Counted from the stretch's first letter, positions 1-10,596 are shown. The stretch is 43,343 nucleotides of DNA from an uncultured Clostridia bacterium (GCA_947594985.1 CANQEK010000002.1:1-43343); one strand, 5' to 3'. Numbers and translations: made by a program. Notes: generated by a model not told the origin, from the letters alone.

Positions 1-467
1 ATACAGTAATTAAGTAAATTATTACACATTTCTATTGCACCTTCATGATGAGGTATCATTTCACTAATAAAATTCAAATTAATATTTTCACTTCTTAAAC
101 TATTTTTCATTCTACAAATCATTTTTTTAGTTATACAAAAAAATTTTTTCTCATATAATCTAACATCTCGTCTAGTATTTATATATCCATTAGTAGTCAT
201 TGCTATTTCTCTCATTTGTTCTATTCCTCTTGTTTGCATATTAATAATATTTCTTGCTATTTTCTGTAATTCTGGATATACAGGATATTCTAATAAATTT
301 TCACACATATATATAGCTGCTTGATGATGTGGTATCATACTTTCTATAAAATTAATAGTAATGGAATTAGTAATATTTGTATTTTTCATTTTATATGCCA
401 TTTGAGATAATATTTTGTCAAATTCATACAAATATTTTTTTGGATTAATTGATTCCCTACACTTCAT
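1..467 (-). CDS. DUF305 domain protein (C-terminal end lies beyond the window edge)
   Basis: Not in the ORF track because it runs off coordinate 1. Minus-strand ATG at 467 follows an AAAGGAGGTG RBS. Translation MKCRESINPKKYLYEFDK... contains two copies of the M-I-P-H-H-(Q/E)-(A/G)-A-I motif typical of DUF305. The frame stays open to position 1. Confidence 0.7.
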   Translation of the reverse strand, partial: MKCRESINPKKYLYEFDKILSQMAYKMKNTNITNSITINFIESMIPHHQAAIYMCENLLEYPVYPELQKIARNIINMQTRGIEQMREIAMTTNGYINTRRDVRLYEKKFFCITKKMICRMKNSLRSENINLNFISEMIPHHEGAIEMCNNLLNYC

Positions 468-610
468 AAAATCACCTCCTTTAACTCTCTTTATTTATAA
501 TATTAAAGGAATGTAATTTTAGTTACAGAAGTTTAACATCACATTTATCAATCTTAAATTCTAGGTAAAATCTCCATATTATAGAATTGTTACAATAATC
601 TATATAATAT

Positions 611-647
611 AAAAAACTCCATTCTAAATAAAACTTTGGAGTTTTTT
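611..647 (-). terminator. Rho-independent terminator after the ABC exporter pair
   Basis: Inverted repeat AAAAAACTCCA (611-621) / TGGAGTTTTTT (637-647), flanked by A/T runs on both sides. It lies 13 nt downstream of the stop at 660. Confidence 0.6.
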
Positions 648-659
648 ATACTTTATTTC

Positions 660-2546
660 TTATTCTAATTCAAAAGCACCAGTATATAATTGATAATATG
701 TTCCTTTTTGAGCAATTAAATCTTCATGATTTCCTCTTTCAATAATTCTTCCATGGTCTAAAACTATAATAGCTTTTGCATTTTTAACAGTAGATAATCT
801 ATGAGCAATAACTAAAACAGTTCTTCCTTTCATAAGTTTATCCATACCATCTTGAACAATTTTCTCAGTTCTAGTATCTATACTAGAAGTAGCTTCATCC
901 AAAATCATAACTGGAGGATCTACCAAAGCACATCTTGCAATAGCTAATAATTGTCTTTGACCTTGAGATAAATTTGCTCCATCTCCAGATAATTCTGTAT
1001 CATATCCATTAGGAAGTCTCATAATAAAATCATGTGCATTAGCCAGCTTTGCAGCTTCTATTACTTGTTCGTCTGTTGCATTATCATCAGCATATTTAAT
1101 ATTCTCTTTTATTGTTCCTGTAAAAAGATTAGTATCTTGAAGAACCATACCAAGAGAAAGTCTTAAATCATCTTTCTTAATTTTGTTAATATTAATTCCA
1201 TCATATCTTATTTTTCCATCTTCTATATCATAAAAACGATTAATTAAATTAGTAATTGTAGTTTTTCCCGCACCAGTAGCCCCAACAAAAGCAATTTTTT
1301 GACCAGGTTTAGCATATAAACTAATATCATGTAGCACTAATTCTCCATCTTCATAGCCAAAATCAACATTATTAAGTTCTATGTGACCTTTTGTTTCTAT
1401 GTATTCTAATCTACCATCATGATGTAAATATTTCCAAGCCCACATTTCAGTTTTTTCAGTAGTTTCAGTTAATACTCCATCAACATATTTTGCATTTACT
1501 AAAGTAACATAACCATTATCTTGTTCAGGTTCTTCATCCATTAATGAGAATATTCTTTTTGCTCCAGCAAGTGCCATAACAACAGAATTTAATTGTTGAG
1601 AAACTTGATTTATAGGTCTAATAAAAGTTTTACTTAATTGTAAAAATGATACAATTAAACCAACTGTTACATTACCTATTCCATTAACTGCAAGTAATCC
1701 TCCTGTTAAAGCAAGAAGAGCATATTGTACATTTCCTAATGCACCATTAACAGGCATTAATATATTTGCAAATTTGTGAGCATTATAAACATTTTCACAA
1801 AGATCATCATTTAATTTATCAAACTTCTCTTTTGATTTATCTTCATAGCAAAAAACTTTAACAACTTTTTGACCATTAATCATTTCTTCTATATAACCAT
1901 TTAATTTTGCAACTGATTCTTGTTGTTTAATAAAATATCCTCCACTTTTTCCAGTTATCATTTTGGTAACAGTAAGAATTATTAATAAAGAAATTATAAC
2001 AACCAAAGTAAGATATATATTTGTAATAACCATTGATACAAAAACTGTAATTATAGTAATAAATGAAGAAAATACTTGAGGGATACTTTGAGATATCATT
2101 TGACTTAATGTATCTGTATCATTTGTATAATAACTCATTATATCTCCATGTGTATGTGTATCAAAATATCTTATAGGCAATTTTTGCATTTTAACAAACA
2201 TCTCATCACGTATTATTTTAAGAGTTCCTTCAGTAATATCGACCATTATTCTACTCTGAAGAAAACTAGAAATAATACCAACCAAATATATCACACACAT
2301 TATTCCTACAGCATGCATAAGAGAAGTAAATACTGGATTTTCAACTCCAATTAATGGAACAATGTAATCATCAATTAAAGTTTGCAAAAATAAGTTACCA
2401 GCGACAGAAGACACAGTAGTTAAAATTAAACAAAAAATAACTATAAATAATTTAAATTTGTAATTTTTGATTAAATACCCTATTATTCTACCTAAAATCT
2501 TAAAATCAATTTTTGGTCTTTTTTTAATATTTTCATTTTTTTCCAT
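660..2546 (-). CDS. ABC transporter permease/ATP-binding protein (exporter half-transporter, 628 aa)
   Basis: N-terminal six-TM exporter domain. Walker A GATGAGKTT, signature LSQGQRQ, Walker B ILDEATS, H-loop AHRLST. Confidence 0.9.
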   Translation of the reverse strand: MEKNENIKKRPKIDFKILGRIIGYLIKNYKFKLFIVIFCLILTTVSSVAGNLFLQTLIDDYIVPLIGVENPVFTSLMHAVGIMCVIYLVGIISSFLQSRIMVDITEGTLKIIRDEMFVKMQKLPIRYFDTHTHGDIMSYYTNDTDTLSQMISQSIPQVFSSFITIITVFVSMVITNIYLTLVVIISLLIILTVTKMITGKSGGYFIKQQESVAKLNGYIEEMINGQKVVKVFCYEDKSKEKFDKLNDDLCENVYNAHKFANILMPVNGALGNVQYALLALTGGLLAVNGIGNVTVGLIVSFLQLSKTFIRPINQVSQQLNSVVMALAGAKRIFSLMDEEPEQDNGYVTLVNAKYVDGVLTETTEKTEMWAWKYLHHDGRLEYIETKGHIELNNVDFGYEDGELVLHDISLYAKPGQKIAFVGATGAGKTTITNLINRFYDIEDGKIRYDGININKIKKDDLRLSLGMVLQDTNLFTGTIKENIKYADDNATDEQVIEAAKLANAHDFIMRLPNGYDTELSGDGANLSQGQRQLLAIARCALVDPPVMILDEATSSIDTRTEKIVQDGMDKLMKGRTVLVIAHRLSTVKNAKAIIVLDHGRIIERGNHEDLIAQKGTYYQLYTGAFELE

Positions 2547-2555
2547 AATATTAAT

Positions 2556-4283
2556 CTACTCTTGGCCTCCTTTCACTTGAGAATAATATACATCTTTATA
2601 AATTTCATTAGAAGCAAGTAATTCTTCATGAGTTCCAACTCCATTTATTGTTCCGTTATCTAAAACAATTATTTTATCAGCATCTTCTACTGAAGAAATT
2701 CTTTGAGCTATTATTATTTTAGTAGTATTAGGAATTTCTTCCATAAAAGCTTTTCTAATTAAACTATCTGTTTTTGTATCTACAGCACTAGTAGAATCAT
2801 CTAATATTAAAATTTTAGGTTTCTTTAAAAGTGCTCTTGCAATACAAAGTCTTTGTTTCTGACCACCAGAAACATTTGTACCACCTTGTTCTATGTATGT
2901 ATCATATTCTTCTGGAAATTGCATAATAAATTCATGTGCTTGAGCAAGCTTACAAGCTTTTATTAATTCCTCATCTGTTGCATTTTCATTTCCCCATCTT
3001 AAGTTTTCTTTAATAGTTCCAGAAAATAAAACATTCTTTTGAAGAACCATTGCAACTTGATTTCTTAATGTTTCTAAATCATAATCTCTAACATCAACAC
3101 CACCAACTTTTACACTTCCTTTTGTAACATCATAAAGTCTAGGAATTAATTGTACAAATGTAGATTTTGAAGAACCAGTACCTCCAATTACACCAATTGT
3201 TTCGCCTGATTTTATATCAATATTTATATTTTTTAAGCATAATTTATCTTCTTTTTTTACATAACTAAAATCTACGTTTTCAAAAGTAATTGAACCATCT
3301 TTAACAACTTTTATTGGATTTTCTTTGTTGGTTAAATCGCTCTTTTCATCTAAAATTTCAACTATTCTTTCACATGAAGCTCTAGAAATCATTATCATAA
3401 CTAAAATCATAGATAAGATCATAAGAGACATTAAAATCTGCATTGTATATGAAATAAGGCTTGTAAATTGTCCTGTAGTTAAACCACCTAAAATTATTTC
3501 TTTACCACCAAACCAAGAAACTAAAACAATAATAGAACTTACTGTAAACTGCATTAGTGGATTATTTAAAGCAACTAATTTTTCAGCTTTTGAAAATTGG
3601 TCATAAATTTTATCTGAAACATCATAAAATTTATTAATTTCTTTTTCCTCTGTTACAAAAGATTTAACAACTCTTATACCTCTTACATTCTCTTGAACAA
3701 TATTATTCAAATTATCATATATTTTTATTGCTTTTTCAAAAATTGGATGTGCTGAAACAGCTATAAAATACAATCCAATTGATAAAAATGGAATAGCAAC
3801 TAAAAATATCAAAGCAAGCTTAGCTTTTATAAAAAACGCCATTATTAAAGCAAAAATAAGCATTAATGGTGCTCTAATTGCAATTCTAATTGACATTTGA
3901 AAAGCCATTTGAACATTATTTATATCAGTTGTATGTCTTGTTACTATACTTGAAGTAGAAAATTTATCAATATTTGAAAAAGAAAAATCTTGAACATTAT
4001 AAAAAATCTTTTTTCTTAAATTTCTTGCAAATCCACTACTAGCTCTAGCTGCATATTTTCCAGATTTTACACCACAAAACATAGCAAGAAGAGAACAAAT
4101 AACAAGAGCAATTCCAACTTGTAATATAACAACACTATTTCCTTTATTTATTCCATTATCAATTAATAAAGCCATTAGAAATGGTATAATAACATCAAAA
4201 GCTGATTCAAATGCTACAAATATTGGAGTTAAAATTGTTTCTTTTTTAAATTCTCCTATACAGCTTATTAATTTTCTAATCAT
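2556..4283 (-). CDS. ABC transporter permease/ATP-binding protein (partner half-transporter, 575 aa)
   Basis: TM domain followed by Walker A GGTGSSKST, signature VSGGQKQR and Walker B LILDDSTSAVD. Strong RBS AAAGGAGG. Only 9 nt separate it from the downstream paralog, the usual layout for heterodimeric multidrug-type exporters. Confidence 0.9.
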   Translation of the reverse strand: MIRKLISCIGEFKKETILTPIFVAFESAFDVIIPFLMALLIDNGINKGNSVVILQVGIALVICSLLAMFCGVKSGKYAARASSGFARNLRKKIFYNVQDFSFSNIDKFSTSSIVTRHTTDINNVQMAFQMSIRIAIRAPLMLIFALIMAFFIKAKLALIFLVAIPFLSIGLYFIAVSAHPIFEKAIKIYDNLNNIVQENVRGIRVVKSFVTEEKEINKFYDVSDKIYDQFSKAEKLVALNNPLMQFTVSSIIVLVSWFGGKEIILGGLTTGQFTSLISYTMQILMSLMILSMILVMIMISRASCERIVEILDEKSDLTNKENPIKVVKDGSITFENVDFSYVKKEDKLCLKNINIDIKSGETIGVIGGTGSSKSTFVQLIPRLYDVTKGSVKVGGVDVRDYDLETLRNQVAMVLQKNVLFSGTIKENLRWGNENATDEELIKACKLAQAHEFIMQFPEEYDTYIEQGGTNVSGGQKQRLCIARALLKKPKILILDDSTSAVDTKTDSLIRKAFMEEIPNTTKIIIAQRISSVEDADKIIVLDNGTINGVGTHEELLASNEIYKDVYYSQVKGGQE

Positions 4284-4591
4284 TTACTAGCCTCCTTTAA
4301 ATAAGATTATCAATTTTTATAGTATCATTTATAATATCATATATACTTTTTTTATTCAATAACACTTTATTAAATTATTTAGATTTTTTTTATTGAGTTG
4401 TTAAGATTTTTTATTAAATTATTAAAACTTTTTCACACTAATTTAAAATATAAAAATATTTTGTATTAAACTATTAGTAATAATAGCAAAATAATAATCT
4501 CAAAAATACACCCAATTTATATTGCACAAAAACTAAATTTGTACTAATTAAATTAGGTGTATTTTAATTTATTTAGATAATCTTGTATTAA

Positions 4592-5002
4592 TTAACAACA
4601 ATTTTCTCTACTTCTACATTTATTGTTTATAATGCATAAAATAAATAAGAAAAATTCAATAATTGCTAAAGCAAAAAAGAAAGTTATAATTCCAAAAAAT
4701 ACAGCAAGTGCTGTTGCTGCAAGTGTTATAGTAGCTGCTATTCCAGATACTACAATACTTCCTAAAGTTCCAAGTAATAATAATGAACCATAACTACAAA
4801 TACAAATATCCTCTTTTCTAATTACAAATAAACTTATTATTAAAATAACTAAAAAGAAGGCGCTAATACCAAGGATTGTAAATAAAATAGCTGGTATATT
4901 AGTAAATATAGTTACACTAAAAATAGAAAAAACTATAAAAGCTAATACAATACTTATTATTACAGGAATAATATTCACATAATATTTTTTTTGGCACCCC
5001 AT
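4592..5002 (-). CDS. Hypothetical polytopic membrane protein with Cys-rich C-terminus
   Basis: 136-aa ORF with four hydrophobic segments and the tail CIINNKCRSRENCC. An AGGAGG-like RBS (GAGGAGGATTAATT) precedes the ATG. Confidence 0.55.
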   Translation of the reverse strand: MGCQKKYYVNIIPVIISIVLAFIVFSIFSVTIFTNIPAILFTILGISAFFLVILIISLFVIRKEDICICSYGSLLLLGTLGSIVVSGIAATITLAATALAVFFGIITFFFALAIIEFFLFILCIINNKCRSRENCC

Positions 5003-5075
5003 AATTAATCCTCCTCATTTTATAGAATTCAATTCTATTCTATAATATAAGTATATGTTATAAATTTAAAATTTG

Positions 5076-5849
5076 CTAACCTAAAACAACATCTAACACC
5101 ATCATTATTAAAAATCCCAAAGTCACACCTATTGTTCCTAAATTTGAAAGTTCTCCTTTTTGTGATTCTGGAATTAACTCATCAACAACAACATAAATCA
5201 TAGCTCCAGCAGCAAATGATAATAAATAAGGTAATATTGGAGTGACAAAACTTGTTAATAATAAAGTTATAAAAGCAGCAATTGGCTCTACTATACCAGA
5301 CATAACTCCATAAAAAAAGGCTTTTCCTTTTGACATACCTTCACTACTTTTAAGTGGCATTGATATAATTGCACCTTCTGGAAAATTTTGAATTGCTATT
5401 CCTATCGCTAATGCCATTGCACCAGCTAAAGTAACATTAGCATCTCCAGCAAGAACTCCAGCAAAGACAACACCTACTGCCATTCCTTCTGGAACATTAT
5501 GAAGTGTTACAGCCAAAACTAACATAGTAGTTTTCTTTAAATTAACTTTTATTCCTTTTACAACATTTCCTTCCAAATGAGGTACAACTGTATCTATAGC
5601 CAGCAAAGATAAAATTCCTACTATAAATCCTACAACAGCAGGAACCCAAGATATTACTCCCTGACTTTCTGCCATTTCTATTGATGGTATTAATAAAGAC
5701 CAAATAGAAGCAGCAATCATAACACCTGATGCGAAACCTAATAATAATTTTTCAACCTTCGGATTTAGAACGTTTTTCATAAAAAAAACCATTAATGCAC
5801 CTATTGTTGTCCCCAAAAAAGGTATTAAAATCCCTATAACTATTTCCAT
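5076..5849 (-). CDS. ZIP family (ZupT/GufA-like) divalent metal transporter
   Basis: 257 aa, eight hydrophobic segments, and the paired ZIP motifs HNVPEGMAVG and QNFPEGAIIS. Confidence 0.85.
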   Translation of the reverse strand: MEIVIGILIPFLGTTIGALMVFFMKNVLNPKVEKLLLGFASGVMIAASIWSLLIPSIEMAESQGVISWVPAVVGFIVGILSLLAIDTVVPHLEGNVVKGIKVNLKKTTMLVLAVTLHNVPEGMAVGVVFAGVLAGDANVTLAGAMALAIGIAIQNFPEGAIISMPLKSSEGMSKGKAFFYGVMSGIVEPIAAFITLLLTSFVTPILPYLLSFAAGAMIYVVVDELIPESQKGELSNLGTIGVTLGFLIMMVLDVVLG

Positions 5850-6066
5850 TTTTTTTCCTTTCTAAGACATAATTAATATTCAAAAGTCTTGTTATATATT
5901 ATTCAGATAACATAATTTTTTCTACTAAATATCTTAGAAAGAATAAAATAAAATAAAATAAATTAAATTAAATTAAAATAAATTAAATTAGATTTCTTCT
6001 TTTCTTCATGAGTACCATAAATTCTTTTTTATTTATTTGGAATTAAAATTTAATTATGTGAAAACT

Positions 6067-6204
6067 TTATTCTTCTACTTTTTCAAACATTTCTTTTCCT
6101 ACACCACACATTGGGCATACCCAATTATCTGGTAAATCCTCAAATTTTGTTCCTTCAACACTTTCATCATAAATATAACCACAAATTGAACATTTAAATT
6201 TCAT
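6067..6204 (-). CDS. Rubredoxin (45 aa)
   Basis: Below the ORF-track size cutoff. Minus-strand translation is [45 protein letters not shown]. It has CxxCG and CPxCG iron-binding knuckles and the conserved F-x-D-L-P-D-x-W segment. RBS AGGAGGTAAAAAAT precedes the ATG. Confidence 0.85.
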   Translation of the reverse strand: MKFKCSICGYIYDESVEGTKFEDLPDNWVCPMCGVGKEMFEKVEE

Positions 6205-6232
6205 ATTTTTTACCTCCTAAAATAAATTTTAT

Positions 6233-7939
6233 TTACATTCTTTCAGGCATTTCTATTCCCAAAAGTTTTGCACCAATTTTTAAAGTAAGACCTACAGCCC
6301 AACTTAAATAAGATCTAGCATTTTGAATATCTTTATCTTCATTAATAATTCTATTTTCATTATAAAAATTACTATAACTTTGGCTTAAATCAATTAAATA
6401 TCTAGCAAGCAAAGAAGGTTCATTTTTATCAATAACAGAATTTAATACATTTTCAAAATTATAAAGAATATTAATTACTTTTTGACTATTTTTATCTTGT
6501 AAAAGTTCAAATTTAACATCAGTTAAATTTGGAATATTTCCAGTTTTTTCTAAAACACTTTTTGTTCTTACATAAATATATTGTATATAAGGACCTGTTT
6601 CTCCATTAAAATTCAACACTGTATTCCAATCAAAAACTTGATCTTTAATAATTGTTGTACATAAATTATTAAAAATTACTGCACCAATTCCAATTCTTTT
6701 TGCCTGTTCTTTCATATTTTCCATATTTGGATTTTTCTCTTTAATTATATTCTCAACTCTATCAATTGCTTCATGCAAAAGTTCTTCAACTTTTACTACA
6801 GTTCCTTCACGAGTAGACATTCTTCCAGTTGTTAATCTTACCATTCCATAAGGAACATGTTGTAATCCTTTTAAATACTTTTCAGAAATATCTAAATATT
6901 TTGCTATTTCAAAAACCTGTTTAAAATGTAAGTTTTGTTCATATGCAACTACATATAAACATTTATCAAAATCATAAGTTCTACTTCTATATAAAATTGC
7001 TGCCAAATCTCTTGTTGCATATATAGTAGAACCATTAGATTTTTTAATTATGCATACACCTAATCCTTTTTCTTCTAAATCTATAATTTTTGCACCTTTA
7101 GAATCTTTTAAAATTCCTTTACTTTCTAACTTTTCAATTACTTCATTCATTTTATCTGAGTAAAAAGCTTCACCATTAAAAGAATCAAATTTAACTCCTA
7201 ATAAATCATAAATTTTTTGAAATTCTTTCAAACTCAACTCTTTAAATTTATTCCATATTTCAACAAAATATGGATCACCTTCTTCTATTTTTTTGAAATT
7301 CTCTCTACAAATTGATAAAATATTTTCATCTTCTTTACAAAGATTATTTATCCTAACATAAATATCCATACAATCTGCTATAGGATCTTTTTCAAAATCA
7401 TATTCATCTTTCCATCTTTTATACCCTTCTACCATCTTTCCAAATTGAGTTCCATAATCTCCTAAATGATTTATTCCTATAACAGTATATCCTAAATACT
7501 TATAGATATTATATAAAGCTGAACCAATAACTGTATTTCTTAAATGACCAATATGGAATGGTTTTGCAATATTGGGTGAAGAATAATCAATTAAAACTTT
7601 TTTTCCCTCTCCTATATTGCTAGAACCATAATTTTCTTTTGAATTTTCAATTTCAGTTAAAACGGTTTTAGTTAACAATAATTTATTTATATAAAAATTC
7701 AAATATCCACCAACAATTTCTACTTTCTCAATATTTTCATCTAATTTAATATTTTCTTTTAGTTCTTCTGCAATAACTTGTGGAGATTTTTTAAATATTT
7801 TTGCTAGTTTAAAACAAGGAAAAGCATAATCACCCATATCAGGATTTGGTGGTACTTCTATATAACTTATTATTTCTTCTACATCAAGTTTAGTAACTTT
7901 AGAAATTTTTTCTCCTATATTCTTTTTAAAATCAATCAT
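6233..7939 (-). CDS. argS: Arginine--tRNA ligase
   Basis: 568 aa. Class I HIGH motif in SPNIAKPFHIGHLRN, KMSKS-equivalent GRMSTREG, and a C-terminal DALR-type anticodon-binding region ending in M. Confidence 0.92.
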   Translation of the reverse strand: MIDFKKNIGEKISKVTKLDVEEIISYIEVPPNPDMGDYAFPCFKLAKIFKKSPQVIAEELKENIKLDENIEKVEIVGGYLNFYINKLLLTKTVLTEIENSKENYGSSNIGEGKKVLIDYSSPNIAKPFHIGHLRNTVIGSALYNIYKYLGYTVIGINHLGDYGTQFGKMVEGYKRWKDEYDFEKDPIADCMDIYVRINNLCKEDENILSICRENFKKIEEGDPYFVEIWNKFKELSLKEFQKIYDLLGVKFDSFNGEAFYSDKMNEVIEKLESKGILKDSKGAKIIDLEEKGLGVCIIKKSNGSTIYATRDLAAILYRSRTYDFDKCLYVVAYEQNLHFKQVFEIAKYLDISEKYLKGLQHVPYGMVRLTTGRMSTREGTVVKVEELLHEAIDRVENIIKEKNPNMENMKEQAKRIGIGAVIFNNLCTTIIKDQVFDWNTVLNFNGETGPYIQYIYVRTKSVLEKTGNIPNLTDVKFELLQDKNSQKVINILYNFENVLNSVIDKNEPSLLARYLIDLSQSYSNFYNENRIINEDKDIQNARSYLSWAVGLTLKIGAKLLGIEMPERM

Positions 7940-8573
7940 TTAAAATCTTTTCCTTTCTACATAATTTAAAAGCAGTTATTATAAAAATCATTATTACAAC
8001 ACCAGTAGCAATTCCTAAAAAATCTATCCATATATCAGCTAAACTTGCATGTCTACCAGGCACTATTGATTGATGAAGTTCATCTGTAATTGAATACCAT
8101 AATCCTAAAAACAAAGATGTAATAACCCTCTTTCTATCAGTCCAATTGTAAGTATAAAACAAAGCAATAAATAAAACTCCTCCTAATCCATATTCAAAAT
8201 AATGTGCAATTTTTCTAATATATGGGTCAATTTTTTCAATTACCTCCTTATTTTTTATAAATAACTCAATTAACTTTGTACTAGAATTTGAAGATTTTTC
8301 TCCATTTTCATTTGAGAAATTAAAAATAAGAACCGCCCAACAAATTATAAAAATAATTAATACAATTCTTAATATTTTTATTTTCTTACTACTTCTACTA
8401 TTTTCTTTTTTTTCTACATTATTTGTATTATCTTTTGAATTCTTACTATTATTTATATTACCTTTTGAATTCTTACTATTATTTATATCATCTTTTGAAT
8501 TCTTGCTATCATTTATATTATCTTTTAACTTTTTATCATTTTTTGATTCATCTTTTGATTGTTTATTATTCAT
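7932..8573 (-). CDS. VanZ family membrane protein with N-terminal N/S/K-rich repeat extension
   Basis: VanZ-like segments KIAHYFEYGLGG and TDELHQSIVPGRHASLADIWIDFLG plus four TM segments. Its 3' end overlaps the argS start by 8 nt. Confidence 0.8.
   Translation of the reverse strand: MNNKQSKDESKNDKKLKDNINDSKNSKDDINNSKNSKGNINNSKNSKDNTNNVEKKENSRSSKKIKILRIVLIIFIICWAVLIFNFSNENGEKSSNSSTKLIELFIKNKEVIEKIDPYIRKIAHYFEYGLGGVLFIALFYTYNWTDRKRVITSLFLGLWYSITDELHQSIVPGRHASLADIWIDFLGIATGVVIMIFIITAFKLCRKEKILND
8431..8520. repeat. 3 tandem copies of a 30-bp coding repeat (degenerate copies flank it)
   Basis: TCTTTTGAATTCTTACTATTATTTATATTA at 8431, 8461 and 8491 with 1-3 substitutions each. It encodes the (N/D)INNSKNSK(D/G) repeats of the VanZ N-terminus. 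Confidence 0.9.
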
Positions 8574-8581
8574 TTAAATTA

Positions 8582-8887
8582 CTAATCCTTCACACTTAAT
8601 TTTATAATTAAATCCATATTATCATCTTCTGCTACTTTATTTTTTCTAATAGCACCACACTTTTTACACTTAAAAATAATTATATATCCTTTTTTGCTAT
8701 TACTCTCAAGTCCAATTGGCTCTAACATTCCGTGACAAGTCTCTAATCTATCACCAGGATTGATATCAACATGTTTAGAATGTAAACAAACTGGACAGTG
8801 ATTTCTACATGAATACCCTAGTTTAGAAACTTTAGCGCCACAGTTTTCACATACAAATTCTTCATCTATTACAGTAAAATTAGGCAT
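8582..8887 (-). CDS. RNHCP domain protein (Cys-rich zinc-ribbon-like)
   Basis: 101 aa with CENCG ... SCRNHCPVCLHSKHVD ... GDRLETCHGMLEP ... CKKCG, which matches the eponymous RNHCP motif. Confidence 0.8.
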   Translation of the reverse strand: MPNFTVIDEEFVCENCGAKVSKLGYSCRNHCPVCLHSKHVDINPGDRLETCHGMLEPIGLESNSKKGYIIIFKCKKCGAIRKNKVAEDDNMDLIIKLSVKD

Positions 8888-8898
8888 TTTCTCTCCTT

Positions 8899-10542
8899 TT
8901 AGTTATAAAATATACTACCTCCTATAAACTCTCTTAAAAGTGAATCATTAGGTACTAAATCTGAATCCATCTCTTTAATATATTTAAATAAATTCACTAA
9001 TCTTTGTGCATCAGCGTATTCTGGAGAATTTTCAGAAATTTCTTGTAATAAAGGCAAAGCATATTTTTTTAATACTGCAAGTTCATAAACTAAAGATGAA
9101 TTGAACATACAATCTGCCTCTTCTTGAAATGGAAAAATATTTTTCTGTTCTCCTCTATTAACAGAATACCACATATTTAGTGTATGTTGTGCTGAATAAT
9201 TTCTATATTTATAATCTCTTACAATTCTTCTTATTAATCTTGTATCTGTTGTAGAAATTCTATTATAGTAATCAATATTCAATACAGTTAAATCACTAAT
9301 ATATATTTTAAATTTATTTTCTTTAGGTATCAAACTTGTTAATTTATCATTTAAACAATGAATTCCTTCTATAACTAAAACATCATCATCATTTAATTTC
9401 AAAATATTTTCATCATAATAATTCTTTTTACCTGTTTTAAAGTCAAATATAGGTAATTTAACTTCTTTACCATTTAATAAATCTAAAAGATGTGAATTAA
9501 ATAACTCTGTATCTATAGCTTCAATACATTCAAAATCAAAATTACCATTTTCATCTTTTGGATTATTTTCTCTTTCAACAAAATAATTATCTACAGAAAT
9601 ATTAACAGGTTTCATACCATTTATTTTTAAAGCTATACCTAATTTTTGAGCAAAAGTAGTTTTACCTGATGAAGATGGCCCAGCAATAAGAATCATTCTA
9701 ATATTTTTTTGATTACTTATAGTGTTTGCTATTTCAGCAATTTTCTTTTCATGTATTGCTTCAGATATTAAAATTAGTTCTTTTTGACCTTCTGGTTCAG
9801 AAATTTTTTTATTCAATCTATAAAATGTATTTATTTTAAGCAACTTATTTATTTTGTCATACTCTTCCATAGCTGAAACTATTTTTAATCTATTATCATT
9901 TTCTTTTAAAGAGTTTGGAGTAGACAAATTAGGATATTTAATAAGAAAACCATTTCTATATGCTACTAAATCATATATTGTAGCAAAATTAGTTGAAATA
10001 GGCATAATTCCAAATAAATAATTATAATAATCTTCACAAAAATATAATGATAAATTTTCTTCAACATCTACTTGAATTCTACCTCTAAGTGTATTTTCTT
10101 TTTCATAAAAAGCTTTAGCTTCTTCTTGTGTCATTACAGTTTTTATAATAGGTAAATTTTTTCTAATAATTTCATCCATTCTTGCTTTTACCTTTTTTAT
10201 AACATCTTCTGTAACCTCCATATTTTCAACAGTTCCAAACATTGAATCTGAAAGTTGATAATTTACAGTTAAATGTGCATTTGGAAAAATTTCATAAAAA
10301 GCTTTACATGTAAGAAATATTAACCCTCTTATATAAATTTGTCTTCCCTCTTTATTCTCTCTACTAATAAATTCAATTGTACCATTTTTTTCTATAGTAG
10401 AATCCAAAGATTCTATTGTATTATTAAATTTAACAGCAATGATATCTTTGATAGTACTATTTTCTATTTCATTTCTAAAAGCATCTATTATTTTTGTTCC
10501 TTTTTCGATTTCAAAATCTTTATTTTCATAAGTTACTCTCAT
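8899..10542 (-). CDS. Nucleoside kinase (TGS/ThrRS-like N-terminal region fused to a uridine kinase/PRK-type P-loop kinase)
   Basis: 547 aa. P-loop IAGPSSSGKTT in the C-terminal half, LVIEGIH, and a TDTRLIRRIVRDYKYR lid-like segment. The N-terminus resembles a TGS domain. Confidence 0.75.
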   Translation of the reverse strand: MRVTYENKDFEIEKGTKIIDAFRNEIENSTIKDIIAVKFNNTIESLDSTIEKNGTIEFISRENKEGRQIYIRGLIFLTCKAFYEIFPNAHLTVNYQLSDSMFGTVENMEVTEDVIKKVKARMDEIIRKNLPIIKTVMTQEEAKAFYEKENTLRGRIQVDVEENLSLYFCEDYYNYLFGIMPISTNFATIYDLVAYRNGFLIKYPNLSTPNSLKENDNRLKIVSAMEEYDKINKLLKINTFYRLNKKISEPEGQKELILISEAIHEKKIAEIANTISNQKNIRMILIAGPSSSGKTTFAQKLGIALKINGMKPVNISVDNYFVERENNPKDENGNFDFECIEAIDTELFNSHLLDLLNGKEVKLPIFDFKTGKKNYYDENILKLNDDDVLVIEGIHCLNDKLTSLIPKENKFKIYISDLTVLNIDYYNRISTTDTRLIRRIVRDYKYRNYSAQHTLNMWYSVNRGEQKNIFPFQEEADCMFNSSLVYELAVLKKYALPLLQEISENSPEYADAQRLVNLFKYIKEMDSDLVPNDSLLREFIGGSIFYN

Positions 10543-10596
10543 ATATTTTATTTTCCTCTCTGTATTCTATTTGTAATTAAGTAAAATTAATAAATT

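Noticed and set aside
4500-4570. Possible terminator AAAATACACC ... GGTGTATTTT after the 136-aa membrane protein gene.
   Set aside because: The arms are separated by a loop of about 40 nt, so it is not a convincing intrinsic terminator.
5860-5910. Short inverted repeat AAGAC-N18-GTCTT just upstream of the ZIP transporter RBS, as a possible Zur-type operator.
   Set aside because: The arms are only 5 bp in AT-rich sequence and it does not resemble the Firmicute Zur box (TCGTAAT-N-ATTACGA). This is too weak to call.
7940-8100. Looked for a T-box leader or riboswitch upstream of argS.
   Set aside because: The argS start overlaps the VanZ coding region by 8 nt, so there is no leader space.
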